Below, piece by piece: positions 12,863 to 27,417 of a stretch of 64,000 nucleotides of DNA; the stretch's first letter is position 1; the number at the start of each line of letters is the position of its first letter. The stretch spans positions 2,852,001 through 2,916,000 of the forward strand of contig JAYWIR010000012.1 of assembly GCA_036172245.1 (NCBI GenBank), in the 5' to 3' direction. Below the pieces are notes generated by a model. It was not told where the DNA came from. It was given only the letters and a program-made list of their open reading frames with translations, and did no database searches. Made by a program: the position numbers and the translations under genes. This stretch comes from Raillietiella orientalis (taxonomy: Eukaryota).

Positions 12863-13867
12863 TTAGGACTCTTTTGAGTTCTTGCTGGGTTTATTCAGGA
12901 GTTGGAAGGTGGAACACATAAGGCTGTGTACTTTTTCCAGAAGAGGTTCCAAATCATCTTTTGACATTCCTTCAGTAGGCACTGGAGGAAGCACTTTAAC
13001 ATGTACTTCTCCTTCATAACCATTACTCATAACCTGGATGTAACTTTGTAGCAACATACCTGTTGTGAATTTTTTTTTAACAGGATCCAGAAAGGAATTG
13101 TATGAGGAGATGACTACTGGAATGATGGGCACTTGACTTTGAATCGCTAAGTGGAAGGCACCTTTCTTAAATGGGAGCAGTTGATCCACCTGGTGGTTTC
13201 GTGTGCCCTCTGGAAAAATCCATGCCTTACTCTATAAAGAATTGTTTCCATTGCTTGACTTATTTGCAATCACCTTATTTTTCACTAGCTGTTGGCTGAG
13301 GGAACGCATTGTTGTAATAGCTGAAGGACTGTTTCCTCGATTAATAAACACAACATTACATAACCATAATGTTAAGCCAAAAGGACCAGCATAAAGTAGT
13401 TCTTTTTTTGCCACAACCACAAGCTTCTCTACATACTTCCCCAGCTCAGCCATACCTAAGCTAAATTTTATAATCATACTGTGTGCGAACCTACTTATAA
13501 CATCAAATGAGCTCTGATGATTTGCCACTATCACAGCAGCCCTATCGTCTGCGAGGTGCTCTATGCCTTCGATAAAATATTTGATGTTGTATAATTTTGT
13601 ACATTGTAACAGTGCGCAAAGACACCATCTAAAATACAACTGATTATTTTTCCCACAAAAGAAAGGGGTGAGATTACCCAACCTTGGATTCGTTGCTTTT
13701 CTAAACCGCACAAGCAAGAATGGTATGAAAAGAATTGAAAGGACGGTGATGAGTACATAAAAATATATGAACTTGGAAAAATACACTACTGATCCATAAT
13801 TATTTTTGTACAAAACAATGAATACTGTTAAAACAAAGGCAAACACAGTTTGTAGCAACCAATTCAT
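12863..13867 (-). CDS. 1-acyl-sn-glycerol-3-phosphate acyltransferase (LPAAT, AGPAT1/2-like)
   Basis: Acyltransferase motifs NHQSSFD, VFINR, IFPEGTR, LPFKKGAFHLA, VPIIPVV; N-terminal TM segments. Exons 13867-13683, 13628-13495, 13455-13274, 13231-13060, 13011-12863. Start could also be the ATG at 13894. Confidence 0.93.
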
Positions 13868-14299
13868 ATGAACTTCGGGTAAGATCGTTTGCATAATCGC
13901 TGTTACATTTTTCCTATGCAAGTCCTGATTATTGGAAGTGTTTCCTTGTCGTCACTCAGCATGTGATACGTGCACACGCACACGATGCACTTCAGCAGTT
14001 ACTTCACGCACGGATGTTTTGCCACTGACATTTTGCTTGGAAACGTACCACATGCAAATCGTACACCATCGCGTTCACGCAATAACCTTGCGTTGCGTTG
14101 AAAAAGGTCGAGATAACGTGCATCCACTGAAGATTTTTATTTATAAGCGCGCCGCCTACGCACTTTAAAGTGCTCCCCGACTTTGAAATTTGCGCATGGT
14201 AATCATGTATCGATTCAGTTTGCAAACTTGAGGTGTTTTCATATATTCCTCTCCTGTTTTCCTCTTCCGTTTTTTTCACCCCTCCCTTCCTAGCTTCTG

Positions 14300-14830
14300 G
14301 AGATCAGTCGTCAAGTCCACGTGCAGATGTGTACAGCAGGCGTGTATAAATTCCGACACGTAGTTTCCACGGGACTGTCTTATGTACCTCCGTCGCATTC
14401 TGGAGTCCAGCATTCCCGGTGGCACAGTGATTCAAGGCATTGGAAGCCTGGAGGCTCGGGAAGAAAGAAAACAGGCCGAAACGGTTTTCTCCGTCATCTT
14501 GAAGCGTGATTTTTTGATTTGGCGGGTGCCACTCACATGAAGGACACCAGGAATCGCACCTGAAAGGAGAGCAAAATTCCTGTCCTGAGAAATTTCCTTT
14601 TAATTCGAAGGAAACATCTAAAGAAGAACAGAGTGTCGGCATATCTTCAATGCCATGGTCGCATGCAAAGCAGATCCTGTGCGATCGACGATCTGAACGA
14701 AAAACACAAGATATGCGTTTTAAGTAGAATATCAAGCATTCGATCATTCTTCCCTACCTTCTTTCCAGTTTTCCATTCACTTGAGAAATCAAAGGACCAC
14801 AGTTACATGGATTCCTGTTTGCTTCAATCG
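14300..14830 (-). mobile_element. Possible decayed non-LTR RT thumb-region fragment
   Basis: GC-richer island; minus translation GIHV...ENWKE...RIKRKF... loosely like the post-YADD region seen at 21330-21620. Confidence 0.3.
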
Positions 14831-16925
14831 ATGTGGCGTTACAACTTTGTTTACATCATCGAAACTTTTTAAGAAAGTTTTCTTCTGAATCATTGGAGAG
14901 ATTCAATTCACAATTGATTCTTCTTCTCACTGAGTAGACTTTATCAACTGAAACTTGAAAGAATGGTACCATGAATAAATGAAATGATATATTTACATGC
15001 AACTTATTCTTTTACAAGATGCCCCTAAATCATGGAACAGCTTGAGCATTTTTATCGCAAGTATAATAGAAAAGTGCAGTTTATAATTGCAATCTCCCGA
15101 AGTTAAGCATGATTAAGAAAGTGAATCGAGTAAGTAAAAGTAATGCATCGTTTCAGTAATGTATTACACGCATGTTAATTAATAATTGCTAAGGTTTATT
15201 GTACACAAAGGACAAAGAAAAACCAATTCACTTTCTGTTCCTTTTTATGGTTAATTTTTGGATAATCACAATACAAATACATCTTAGCTCAAGCTGATAG
15301 TGATTAAGACTTTATAATAGTAATATGAATTCATGGATCGCATCCAGTGTTTCAGGGCTACTATCTTCAAGAAGGTTGGATCATATAAGAAGGTTGGATT
15401 GCTTTGTTCCAACGTGCAACAGACACTATGAAGTCTTCTTCACAGGTTCAGTCTTGTCAACTCTCGCCACAACGGTGACTTTGGCAGAAGGACTCACACG
15501 TTGTCCATTGCAATCACACATGTCGAAAATTCTGATATTGTACAAACTCACTTGTGCTCCCTTTATGAGATTGAGAGAGCACTGTGCATATGTTCGCAGC
15601 CAAAATTCCGAAAATTAAAATCAGAGGCAAGGCAGCACGAGGCCAAAATGGTAAACACGTTGTAGTTTATCTAAAGTTTCGATCTAAAAAATACGGGCAA
15701 CTACATGGGAGTAAATATTCACTGAAGTAGCCTTAATCGTAATGCTTCATCTTATCTCCAATAAGCGTTCTTGTTCTTCATGATTCAGTTTGCTTTGTTT
15801 ACTTTCCTCTAGAGTTATCTAGCTGATTTGCGAACACGGAAATGTCAATAGTTGTCATTTTTGACACGGTGAGTACTTTTTTTTTTTTTTTTTTATTTAC
15901 GCTGCAAAGCTTTGTCCCACTATTGGTCCTCTACAGCTGAAACTTGCCGATTTATCTCGTTAACCAGTAAATTAAAATTATCGGGAACTCATTTTACTAG
16001 CCGCGCTTTCAAGAAATCGTGTGATGTGAATTTAGGCATGCTACTTGCAACGCATGCATGTTGTGATATGCGTAAAAAAAATTAAAGATCCCGCCCTGGA
16101 CTGAAAACAGCATGTTAACAGATGCATTTTGACTGAATATGCGACAAACACGCCAGTTACGAATGGTTGATTTCAGTATTTGACGGTGAATGATCCTTTT
16201 TGCATATCCATATTTCAGCCAAACTGTTGTGGCGCTCCCGACGGATACGCTGCAATCTGATTTGAAAGGTTTAAGGTGGTACAATGCGACGTCTAGGAGG
16301 ACGCTTGTAGTACGGTCGGCAGCCGATGTGGCACGCTAAGGTACAACGTGGGCGTACCTGCTGTCTCCAAATTCATCCACACGTGAGCAACGCCAGGAAA
16401 GCGTTTAGGAACCTTAACCCAGCCTTATAATAAAGACCAATACAGCCGTGCAATCTACAGTTCAGCTCTAATGGGTTGTATAACGCGCATGTGTTAAATC
16501 ACATTCTTTTCCATCGCTCAAACCTTGTGGAACAGCGTGGCGATTCTTCCTGAGTGGTTCACACTATGAGTGATGCAATTTTTCACAAATTATTACATTT
16601 GAAATTGAAAACAGTGTACATGCATTGAAAAATACAAACATGTGTATTAAACATAATATGATTCAGCTCAAATGCATGGAGATTCAATACATAAAGTAGG
16701 AAAAGGCGTAGGAAGTCTTCCATTAAGTAACACATGATGCAAAAGTTTTTTTAGTTCAGTCTGCTGAAAGCAGAACTTGCTGCAGCTTGATCTAAAATGG
16801 GAATGCTTTAATTTTAGAATTCCGCTACGTGGGCACTAGTAAATAACTAATTGTTCTCATGGCAACATACTTTCATGTTACATAGTTTTCAACCAAAATT
16901 AGGCTCTTGCAAAAAAATTATATGA

Positions 16926-17992
16926 TCATTGGGTGAGTGAAAATGGAATTTGATAAACCTGATGCCCTGCACGAAAATTGATCTTATCAACATGAATTGA
17001 AACAAAATCCTTTTCTGACAACATGTTTAACTTTCCTAACACAGATGAAAGTGCTGCTTCACAATTACTTTCTGACCACAGTAAACTCAAATGAAAAATA
17101 GGTTGCTGTAATTTAATTACAAACTTGTCTGCAGAGGATTCATTTATCTACCTCATAAAATGGAGGCAATCCATACTGAGAAAAACATTCATTTAACAAA
17201 TTTACTAATTGTAAACACTGATGCTGTCCTGCAGCTACCGATAGTCCCAGAAATGTTCTTGTACCTTCTTCATTGACCAAGACTTTGACATCCCCTAAGA
17301 TAATGTTAAAACTGAAAGAAAATATAAACATTCATCTTCATCAAATATAGCCAACCTGAAACAAGAACTAATGGAATGCTGCATAGTTTGAAGCAAAGGA
17401 GTAATCCAGTGATGTCTAATGACTACTGTGCGTGTTAGGCTAATATGAGGATTGCTTATTCTTTTCAAAGGAACTAGAGGTTCACAAAAATTTTGAAAAT
17501 CTTCCAGAAGATGGTCAAAATCTTGTACATTTACTGAAAACAAGTGTGCCCAATTAATTTTCTATCTAAATACACCAAGTGATATACCAGGAATATAACA
17601 ACATGAAGCCCAATTTCCTTCTACATGAGGAAAAGACCTTTGCCGTCCTTCATGCAATAGTGGATTATCTTGGTGAACTCGGTTCTTATCAGAAAACATT
17701 GTTTTAATGGAATCTGGCACGGGTAAAGACCTAAATAAATGAATTTATGACACATTTGGTAAACTAAGAATCGACAATGTCAATTATAATAATCCGGAAA
17801 ATCATATGATGTACCAGTTAAAAGGCTAATTATGATGGTTTGGAAAAGAAGTACTGATTGTTTTTCAAAGCTGGTATTCAATTTAATCAATAACATTAAC
17901 CTGAAACCTTTAACGATCTCTACGGTGATCATTTTGTAATTCCTTAGGATGAATACAGTGAATACAGTTGAGTAAGGAATCAATAATGCCAT
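16926..17992 (-). CDS. USB1: U6 snRNA phosphodiesterase (2H phosphoesterase)
   Basis: HEGRQRSFPHVEGNWASCCYI, first HxS (PHISLTRTVVIRHHWI), VNEEGTRTFLGL, GLPPFYEQPIFHLSLLW (second HxS). Exons 17730-17588, 17533-17356, 17311-17152, 17105-16926; first exon 17992-17901 is tentative. Confidence 0.92.
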
Positions 17993-20900
17993 GACTTTGG
18001 ATTTCTATATTTTCAGGGTATATGCTTACCTCTGCATCATGCCACAATGCCTTCTTTGCAAATTTATAAATCTTGCTTTTATAGAAGCTTCTAACGAAAG
18101 ATCATTAAACAATGATGGTGGTACTTATGAGCCAACGATCAACAACTATATTGCTGGCACGTCTTACATATTTATCAATTAAAACATAGCTGTTAGACGA
18201 AGTCCTTTGAAAAACACAAGTGTACCATGCGGACACTTCCCTGATTCGAGAAATTCGTCAAAAATTTGGGCAGGGTGCCACGAAAACCTCTGTACTTACA
18301 TCTAGTGTTAAGTGGATACATCATTAACAAACCAATTGCTGTATTCGCACACAACCTGACAGACAACTATTAGAAACGTCGAATCATTCCACGAATACTG
18401 TGATTAACACGACGGCTCTGCACACAGCTTATTCTTGGACCGATACGATTGTTACAGCCACAACTTCTACAACGCTGCAACTTAATTTTCCAGCAGGATG
18501 AATTTTCATTACCATACCACATTTTTAGCGCATTATGTCAATTACTTCGAAATTCAGAATTGTCAGATCCATCCTTTTTCGTTACTCATACGATGGTAGC
18601 TGTGCAAACGAAATAAGAAAGCATTCGAAAAATACAAGATTCCATTCATTTTCAAGTTTTATTCATTATTCTATCATGTTTGAATGAGAGATACATCTAT
18701 TCAACAATTTTAAAGCATATGTTAGACTAAAAGCGATTTTTATTTTATGGTTGCCGCATCTTCCGTGAGAAACAAGCCAAACGAACTAGTACAATTTCAA
18801 TTTTCCCAAATCATCATTTCTACAAATTTCTTGAACAAGATTGCACTTATAAACACAAAAAATTCTGAGCATCAGAAAGTAATGGTTATGCTTATTTTTG
18901 CATAATAACTGAATACGTAGTATTCGTATATGTAGTCACTATGCATAAAGAAGTAATTTCTGAACTACTCGCAGTTCTTTTTAATTCGTAAGACATAAGC
19001 ATTATGCCAAAAAAAATTCCAAATGTAATGTAATGCATATTTATACTACAAAACAAGGTATTTGAAGATGTGACCTCATGAAAAATTGATAGAACATATA
19101 AAATTCTTCCACTCCAGCTCCATACAATTTAGATTCAAGGATAAAAGTGATGACAAGGATAAAAATGATAAAATGTTACAAAATCAGTTTTCTGATGATT
19201 TTTTCAATTTTACAGTTTAGTTTTGAGCTATTACTTAATTTCGACGCTATTATTTAACACAGTAACCTACATGACTAAAAATAATTGCGTAGGTTTCCAA
19301 AAAACCGCATCTAACATTTCATACATATAAAGCATATAGAAACCGAGGTTTTGTGCATTTTGTGGAAGTATTTTATAAAGTATGTATTATAAAGTATGTT
19401 TAGTATTTATTTTCTTTCTTTCTTTATAACATATTTTTCTTTGCAGTATAGAATAAAAGATTGGTACATTTTCTCACTACTCTCTTAGGATGTTTTGTCT
19501 GCCATACTTCAAGCAATATGAACAAACGAACTGATTTAGACAACTCTTTTTAACGAATTTATTGTTTTGAAGTTATTAATATAACGGATGTGTAGCACAG
19601 AAGTACAGTGGACTGAATTACAGTAGTTGAATATCATGTCGTAATGAAAATGCAACGAACGAGAGTTTAATACATGAGAGCAAAAAGGCAAGCAAAGCAG
19701 TAAGACATCTTTATTTTGTATTACATCAAGAAAACAAGGAAAAATTCCCAAATGAAATACTTCCTTTGTATGAAATCGCAAAAAAATAAATTCAGAGAAA
19801 AAAAAAATATTTATATATATATATTTTTCTGAATATGGATTTCTGAATATGGACCATAATATGGATTTTTCCATTGACTCAGTTCATAAGAGTATCATCA
19901 CCTTTGCACGATGCTTAGCAAAAGGAAAACAACAAAAATTCTTTCATTTTCGTTCTGACAGATTGGAGTATTAGTAATGTGATCAATGAGCTCAAACCTG
20001 CTTCAATGAAACAATAGAAAAAATATTTCGCATACGGTACTCATTCTTGTATGTACTATAATTATGCACAAGAATGTACTCAAGGAATGTATGTATGAAG
20101 AATTATTGTTATACTGTTAACTTTGCTAGAGAACTTGAAAACTGTAGTATCCTGATAAGCATTTGTGAATCAGTGATCCCACATGAAATGCAAAATAATC
20201 CCTTTTTGACAATCTACAATCTCTATTTAAGGACCTCACTTTAAAACAGATGATGAAATGCATCTGAATATAACAGATAACGTTAAAAATCATGTACTGA
20301 TGCACATATATAACTCGGATTTCAGCAGAGGAGCAGAAATATCGACTCAGGAGCCTTCTTTAGATGCTCTGGTAAATAGTGATAAAAGTTTCGATTTGGA
20401 TGTGATGCATGAATGCTTTTGCAGAGAAACAGTAAACACAGTTTCATGATAATGAGTAATTCATGAAAATTTTCAATGAATTGATTTTTACAAATCATAT
20501 GCAAATCGGTATTAACAATTTTGAATAAAGATTGCCGCTTGATCTAGAACTGGCAATTCTGAAGATTTTCAATTATGCTTCACTTTATATTCTAATAGTT
20601 ATTTACATATTGATTTAAATGGAAAAATCCCCATCTGAAGCTCTACCTCATTGAAAGCTTTTAAATGAAATTTCATTTATCCTGTAGCATAACTGCTGTA
20701 AAATATGCAATTCATATTAATAGGTCGATGAATGCTGTAGTTGTTTCTTTCAAGAATTTTCGCACATTGTAGAGGCGAGCAGCAAGCAACAAATAAGCAA
20801 TCAAATTGAATGAATGGTTGGTGTAGAACTGGCTGATGTGGAACTGCATTGTGTCACACGAAAATAGAATCTTCTGAGCGTAGAAAGCCGACGACAAAAA

Positions 20901-21099
20901 ATGAATGGAAAAGCAGAAGAGACGTCAATTTTTTTTGCATGTGTTACTTTTTTTGGTGTTTGTAGATTATCACAGAAAGCACATAGATGCATGCAATGCT
21001 GCTTATGAATTGCCCTAAAGTGGTTTTGTTTCTTTGCTTACGAAGGGGCATTTTCGTGACTATAGTAGCTGACTAATGTGGTGAGTACTCAAAAGAATT

Positions 21100-23105
21100 A
21101 GTGATTGGAGGAAGAATCATGCGGCTGGCGTCTGCAGACGATTTCCTGTTTTTCATGGAGCATGAAGAGGATCGTCATGCGTTCTTGGAGATCGCCAATT
21201 CGATGAAGGAGGGGCTGGACTTGACAGTCAATGCAACCATATTGAAACTTTCGACCATCGAGTTCCGGAACATCACCTCTTTATCAAAGAAAGGATTCTG
21301 AGTGGTTTTCACAACGAAGTAGTCGGGAATCCACATCAAAGACCCTTCGGAAGCGAACAGCATGTTGAGAGGAAATCACGGGATATGTCAGAAAAGAAGC
21401 AACTAAGTACGACGATCGCCGTTGAAAGAAAGGACAATTTGTAGAACAACACCCTGCCTCCACAAGTTCTACTTGGAGAGGTCTTCTACCCAGTGAAGCA
21501 GAAAATGAAACAACAACCGCCGAATATACAACTAAAAATCCACTGAAGAGAGTACAAACTAGAGGTAAGACTCAAGTATCTATGCATCCCGAAGGAAGAA
21601 GGTGGCACTGACGAAGCAGGAGGAGCATGTGGTCCCATTCCTCGACACTCAGCAACTCCTGTCGACTGCAACCAATGGGACGAGTGATCCTATGCTGCTC
21701 ATGGGCCTTCTCGGAGCTGATCGATAGTACGAGATGCTTAGTGCAGAAAACAAGTCATTGGAAGAGTATGCACCGCAAGGTCGAGTCTAGGGTAGAAGAC
21801 CTAGTTCTAGTGATCCTCTGTTTCCTTCCACTACAGCAAGCAGCGGAGACTTGGATCTGACGATGACAGGAGAGGAAGATGAGATTTGTTTAAAGTAGGG
21901 AGACAAGTATCTCAAGAACCCTCGCGGACCTGGCTGCTCACGTAACTCTTTGATACGGTTCCATGCCACCAGAGAATGTATAATTCTTCGAGATAGGGGG
22001 TACCCCGAGAGGGGACAACCCTATGAATCCAGGAAGGGCTCCGGAGGAGGGAGTCCGTTCCTCTCATGCCTGGGGAGGCATCCCCTAAGAGGACCCCACC
22101 CTGGTTGTCTTCGAAGGGAATCTCGAAGGAAATCTCCTTCCTTATTCTCCCCGGAGGGGTCCACCCTATTTTTCTACTCCGAAGGGAAGCCAGAAAGGAT
22201 CCGCTAGTAGTTATTTCTTCTCCAGAGGGAACCCGCAAGGGAACCGCTCCTGTTTACTCCTCTGAAGAGAACTCTGAAGGGACGGTTCCCGATACTTCTG
22301 AGGGGAGCTCCCCGAAGGGAGCGACACGCTTCTCTGCACTCTGGAGAGGCATCATCGATCTACCAACTCCATCGTACGAGATGGAGGGTCCCCCCACGAA
22401 GGGGAGAATCTGCTCCTTCACAACCGGAGAGGGACTCCCACTCCTTGTTTTCTGGAAGGACCCGAATGTCGCCTCCCATTGTGCCGGCCCTCATCGGGGG
22501 CATCCGGTTTGAACCGCCACCGGTGCCGTATCCGAATGAATGTAGGTCAACCAGCACAATCTTGCAGAAGGAACTTGAACCCACAACGCACCCCATCCTT
22601 CGGTGTCAATCCTCCCCGAGGAAATTCGAATTCGCGACCTTTGGTGCCACGCGCGGAGAATGCAGCCTCGTGGCCTCTGACGCGCCTCCCTTCCCTCTCC
22701 TTTCAGTCCCCCGGGAGGCAAGCAGTCTGCAACGAATGGGAACCTCTTAATGTACAGAAAGGATACAGGACCGTATGGCTCACGAGGTTGGGGATCCCTG
22801 GAGGCATCAGAGCAGGGCACAGACCTTGGTGAGAGAGAACGACATGAAAGAAGTGCCACCTACCATCGGAAATCAGGATGACTTCCTTTATCATTTATGG
22901 CGCACGTGAGAGGGCATCGAATGACAGAGAACTCTCTGGACGAGTTCTGATAGCAGTGTGGAGGAAGGGAACCCAACTCCCCACCGCCTCCCAATTTGCC
23001 AATTCAGGATTGAGAGATGCTGTGATGGATTACAGGCTTGTAGGAGAACGCATAAGAGGAGATCCTGAGTTGATCATTCGAAGGGCGAAGGGATTGTTCC
23101 CTTAA
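21100..23105 (+). mobile_element. Decayed non-LTR retrotransposon (Tx1/L1-clade-like) ORF2 3' half
   Basis: IGGRIMRLASADDFLFF...GLDLTVN (YADD-like RT motif), then GIHI, then the family-specific LRREPRR/SEENSEG block (22000-22450) shared with 25620-25880, 32940-33360 and 38060-38470; many frameshifts. Confidence 0.7.
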
Positions 23106-23699
23106 AGGGCTCTATGGTGCAAAGCGTCACTGTCTCCGTAACGGGCATCGTGACCGAAAGTCGAACGTCCGGAACGGAAGTGCTGCATTGGCTGCGCAAA
23201 AGCCAAACTGACCTCGTAAATAGGGAGATAAGCATTCGCAGCTACGAGAAAGGTTCTATCCTGGACCTACTGATGCATCTTTCCAGCAGTGAGTGGGAAG
23301 GCTCAGTCGAGGAGGAACCCGGCAAAGTGACCCTGAACCACCAAAAGCGAGTGGACCGTGCGTTAGCCGCAAGTCCTTTTCTGCTTCCAGCTCACTAAAA
23401 AGTTGTTACCCTGATTGGTCATGTAGATGCTCATCGGCCTGAGAAAAACCGTGGACGGGGTACATCTCTTTCCTGCAAGGAAGCAAGCAAGCAGCAAGAG
23501 AGATCCGCTTCGTTGGAGGCAAGGCAGCAGGTCATTCGGTCCGAGGGTTCCCTTATGAGCTTGCTCCACATGCTGCTGCGGGATGCTGGATTCGTTCCAT
23601 AGCAAGCGTGCACGCTTCGCGTGTTGCTGCCGAACGCACTTTTCTGAAAATGATATTACTTAGCAGCAATCAAGCAAACGCATGCAAACTGCTGCTGAC

Positions 23700-26600
23700 G
23701 GGGTAAGGTGCGTGCAATTCGATCTCCGTTCAAAGGCCCCAGCCACGTGAGAATCCACTAGGAGAGAAAAAATCGAGTTTTGCTGCTGCCTGTTGTTTTC
23801 CGAATGCAACTCTCTCGGGAGTCTGGAAAACGAGGAGAGTAGAAGCGACAAGAGAAGGAAAAAAATAATAAAATAAAATAAAAGGAAGAAAAGCGCTTTA
23901 TGGATAAAGTTTGCAATTTTGGGCTCTTTTTTTCGTGGCGGTCCATTGAAACAGATGCACGCACGCACTGCTTAGCATCGGCGTGATTGGCTTGGGAGAT
24001 GAATACCAGCAAGCACGAGCAGTCCGTCTGTCGTCGGTCGACGTACACTCGAGCGCCACATTTCAACACTTCGATTAGCGCAGACCTGGCTAGAGCTGGT
24101 GAATACTGAAGGCCGAGCTGGAATCCCAGCGGGCGAAACCGTGCGGCGAGAATTTCGTTTTGCTGGAGACGTTTGGGAAGGGAACAGAATCGAAACTCCT
24201 CCTGGATCCGCATCTTCATTACTAGCGAAATTGCCGGAACGGTAAAAGAAAGCTCTGAGCTTGGTCCAACAGCCATTTCAGATTCACTTGTTTCATGGGA
24301 ACACGGCACTTGATGATTTGGCCTTGTAGTGGAGGTGGAAGTTCGGCGTGCGCAAAGCACTCGTAGGCAGCTGATTTGCCGGTTCCATTTTCTGTTGGGA
24401 ACTTGGGCTGTTGCAAGTGCTTCCTTGACACAATGAGTCTTCTTCTGAGAATTAGTGGGAAGAGCAGTGCGATAGCCAATAGAAAACTCATCTTTTCTCG
24501 AAGCTGATGCCAGAGGGAAGAACTCTTAAAACAACCGACGTCAAGAAACTCAAGTCCACCGTCTCGTGCCTTCAGGTACTTTAAAAAGGCCGATATCACT
24601 CTGCACATTGCCTTTCGCGGATCGACACTTGTGGAATGCACTTCCCGATTTCTAGGGGAACATCTGGCAGACAAGTCGGGAAATCCGGAGGAACTGATGT
24701 TTATCGAAAAGATTACAGCAGAGAAGGGGATGGTGTTGCGATATTACCGAGGGAACACTGACAAATGCAGAAGTCTTAATCTTTGAAATCTCTGCCTTTG
24801 CAAGATGCTTAAACCGTGTTTTGGGGTTAAAATGTTGCAATGGATCAAGGAAGACACTTGTTAGGTGCCGACTTTCTGAGTATTCGTTGAGAATCCAGAT
24901 TTTTTTTTTTTTTTTAAAAAAAAAAACAGATAGCAGAAGAATCAGAAAAAAAAACATAGGAGAAGAATCATTAAACACGTCCAGAAGATTCTCGGATTCC
25001 ATCTGGAATCCGGACGTTCTTGCCCGTTATTCTCCCTATTGTTTTTCTTCCCTTCGTCCCTTTCATCGTTCACTGTGAAGAACCTGACGTAATTTGACGG
25101 ATTTTATGTAAAGCAGACACATAAAATCAGCACCCGTTATCGACTCGCGAAGACATCAGAAGAATCTTCGAGTTTCTTCTCCTCTGGCAGCGAGCTCATT
25201 TTCGCCTGGTATGACAACCACACAATTCCCAGAGGCTTTTTCTGTGTTTTCCGCCATTAGCAAGTAATGCAATTTTTGCCTCTTTTAGCGCTGGAAAAAG
25301 TGGCAGATGCAGGTTTTTCCCGGTCCTTTATTTTCACATCAGAGTGTATGAGGAGTGTGCACGAAATAGATGCTAAAAAGTTCTCCACACCAGCCCTCAT
25401 TTTCAACGGGAAAGCACGCACAACACACGAACACTACACGCAAGCAGAGCCCCCACAACTGTCAATAGGAATGGACGACGAATTTGTCCAGCAGCTCCTC
25501 TGGCTTTTAGCCGAGGGCATTGCTCACTGAGACACCCAATGGAGTTCTGGTTATATGCATGCGTCGGAATGACCTCGTGGGGGCTGGGGAGAACAAGGAC
25601 AATCTCTCTTTCTCTGAAGTGTGACATGCTGAACGCGGATATAGATGACACGAAACTGGGAGCTCCCCTCCGGTTGTGAAGAAGCGGACCCTCCATTCCA
25701 GGAGGGACCCTTCCGCGTCGGACTGATGGAGTAGGTGTGTCGCCACCACCTCTCCAGAGAGTGCAGAGACGCGATCCGATCCCTTCGGGGAAGCTGCATC
25801 CTTCTGAATTTCGGAAGCGTCCCTTCTGGGTTCTCTTCAGAGGAGTAACAACAGGAGCGGATCCCTTACGGGGGACCCCTGGTACGCCATATACTGTGTA
25901 AAGCACTGCATTTTTAAGAATGTACTGCAGATCTGTTTCTCCTGTGTCACCTTCCCCTGATCAAACAGTGAATCTTGGTTTTGCTTTCTTTTTGGTTCTT
26001 CAGGCATTCAAGAACCGTTGCTTCACCCCACAGTGAATTTTGGATGGCCGGATGGCATCGCCACATGGAGGAGCACAAAGCGCGTTCTTGCGCTGTCGGG
26101 AACCCGAGGTGTCCATTCCCGATCTGCGGTTACTCCACGGGGCATCCGGTAGCCGAATCGTGCAGAGCCCTGACCATGCGCGCGTAATGCCTGGAGACAT
26201 CTCCAGGTCTCATCTTGCGGGAAGATCGGGAGCGGACGACGCATCCCAACTGGGCGGCTTTATCCGTTATCCGGTATTCGAACCGGCAACTCCAGGCTCT
26301 GGTCAGGGGCGCCGCGTCCACACGATTCCAGACACCCTCGGGGATGCACTTGCAAATGCGACCCAGAGATGACCCGATCAGCGAGTCACTGCGGACAGGC
26401 AACCGCCCTTCCATCCGATGGTAGAAAATCGTCTGAGTGGCTGATGGTCCTCAAATTAATCGGAAAGCGACTTGGCCAAGAGCATAGAGACAGCGACCGG
26501 AACTCTCGTGGCGAACTTCTTCCCAGACTGCTGTCCAGTGACCTGAGCAACTGCATGCTTGTGAGTGGAGGAGGGGGGGGGGAAAGGAGTGCAGGGAGGC

Positions 26601-26700
26601 CATCGAATGGAGAAGAAAACAGGAAAGGAAGACAAAGAAAGCACAAGCAAGAGGATGGAGCACTGAGCGTTTTCGGAGCGAGTCAGCAAGTGCCATTGAT
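23700..26700 (-). mobile_element. Decayed non-LTR retrotransposon fragments
   Basis: 25620-25880 is homologous (reverse complement) to 22230-22450; T-rich 3'UTR-like tract at 23850-23900; weak endonuclease-like motifs near 26330-26560. Boundaries approximate. Confidence 0.5.
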
Positions 26701-27417
26701 GTGGAACAAGCAAAACCCCTAAAATCGCTCCTTTGAAAAGTCTTCAGTGGCATCCTTACATCCTTCTCCAGAGCTAATGGCAACTCTGCTCGCTTCCTGA
26801 AGACTGTCTGTGGACTATTGCGTTTCTCTCCCGACGCCTTATTCGGAGACATTCACGGTGACACCTTCTTTGAAAGAACAAGAGCTCGAGTTTTCGAGAG
26901 CGGAACAGAATGAAGGGTGAAATGGAAAGAGGAAAGGCAGAAAAGTCTTCTCCCTGCTCTCTTCCAGGAGCATGAGGTAGACCTAAGCAGAGAAAACCCA
27001 GAGGTGGACACCCGGGCTGCTGAAGGAATGAGTTGAAGATCCTGGATGGCCCACCTAGAGCTCATTGAGGCGCCGGTGATGGAGACGGGGACGAGAAAGA
27101 GCTGGAATGAAGATGCCATGGACGCTCAGACCACTCTTTAAAGTAGAGATGGGGAGAAAAAAGAAGGAAAAAAGTCCTCATTGCAGGAACCCAGAAGAGG
27201 AAAAAGGGAGAACCAGGAGGGATGCTTCTGGGGGCCCTTGATTCCGGGTGTCGCCTCTTTGAGGGCGGCCGGGAGAAGCGGCAGCAGCTCTACGCACGCG
27301 GAAGTTTATTTTCGCGCGGTCCCGAGAGAGGACCTTTGTTGGGCTCTCGGATGGCCATCGATCTCCGACGGCCTTCAAGAGAAACAATACAGAATTTGCT
27401 TCTTGGCAGCTGCACAG

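Noticed and set aside
24900..24926. Poly-T run directly followed by poly-A run (palindrome)
   Set aside because: Simple homopolymer juxtaposition with no further evidence of function.
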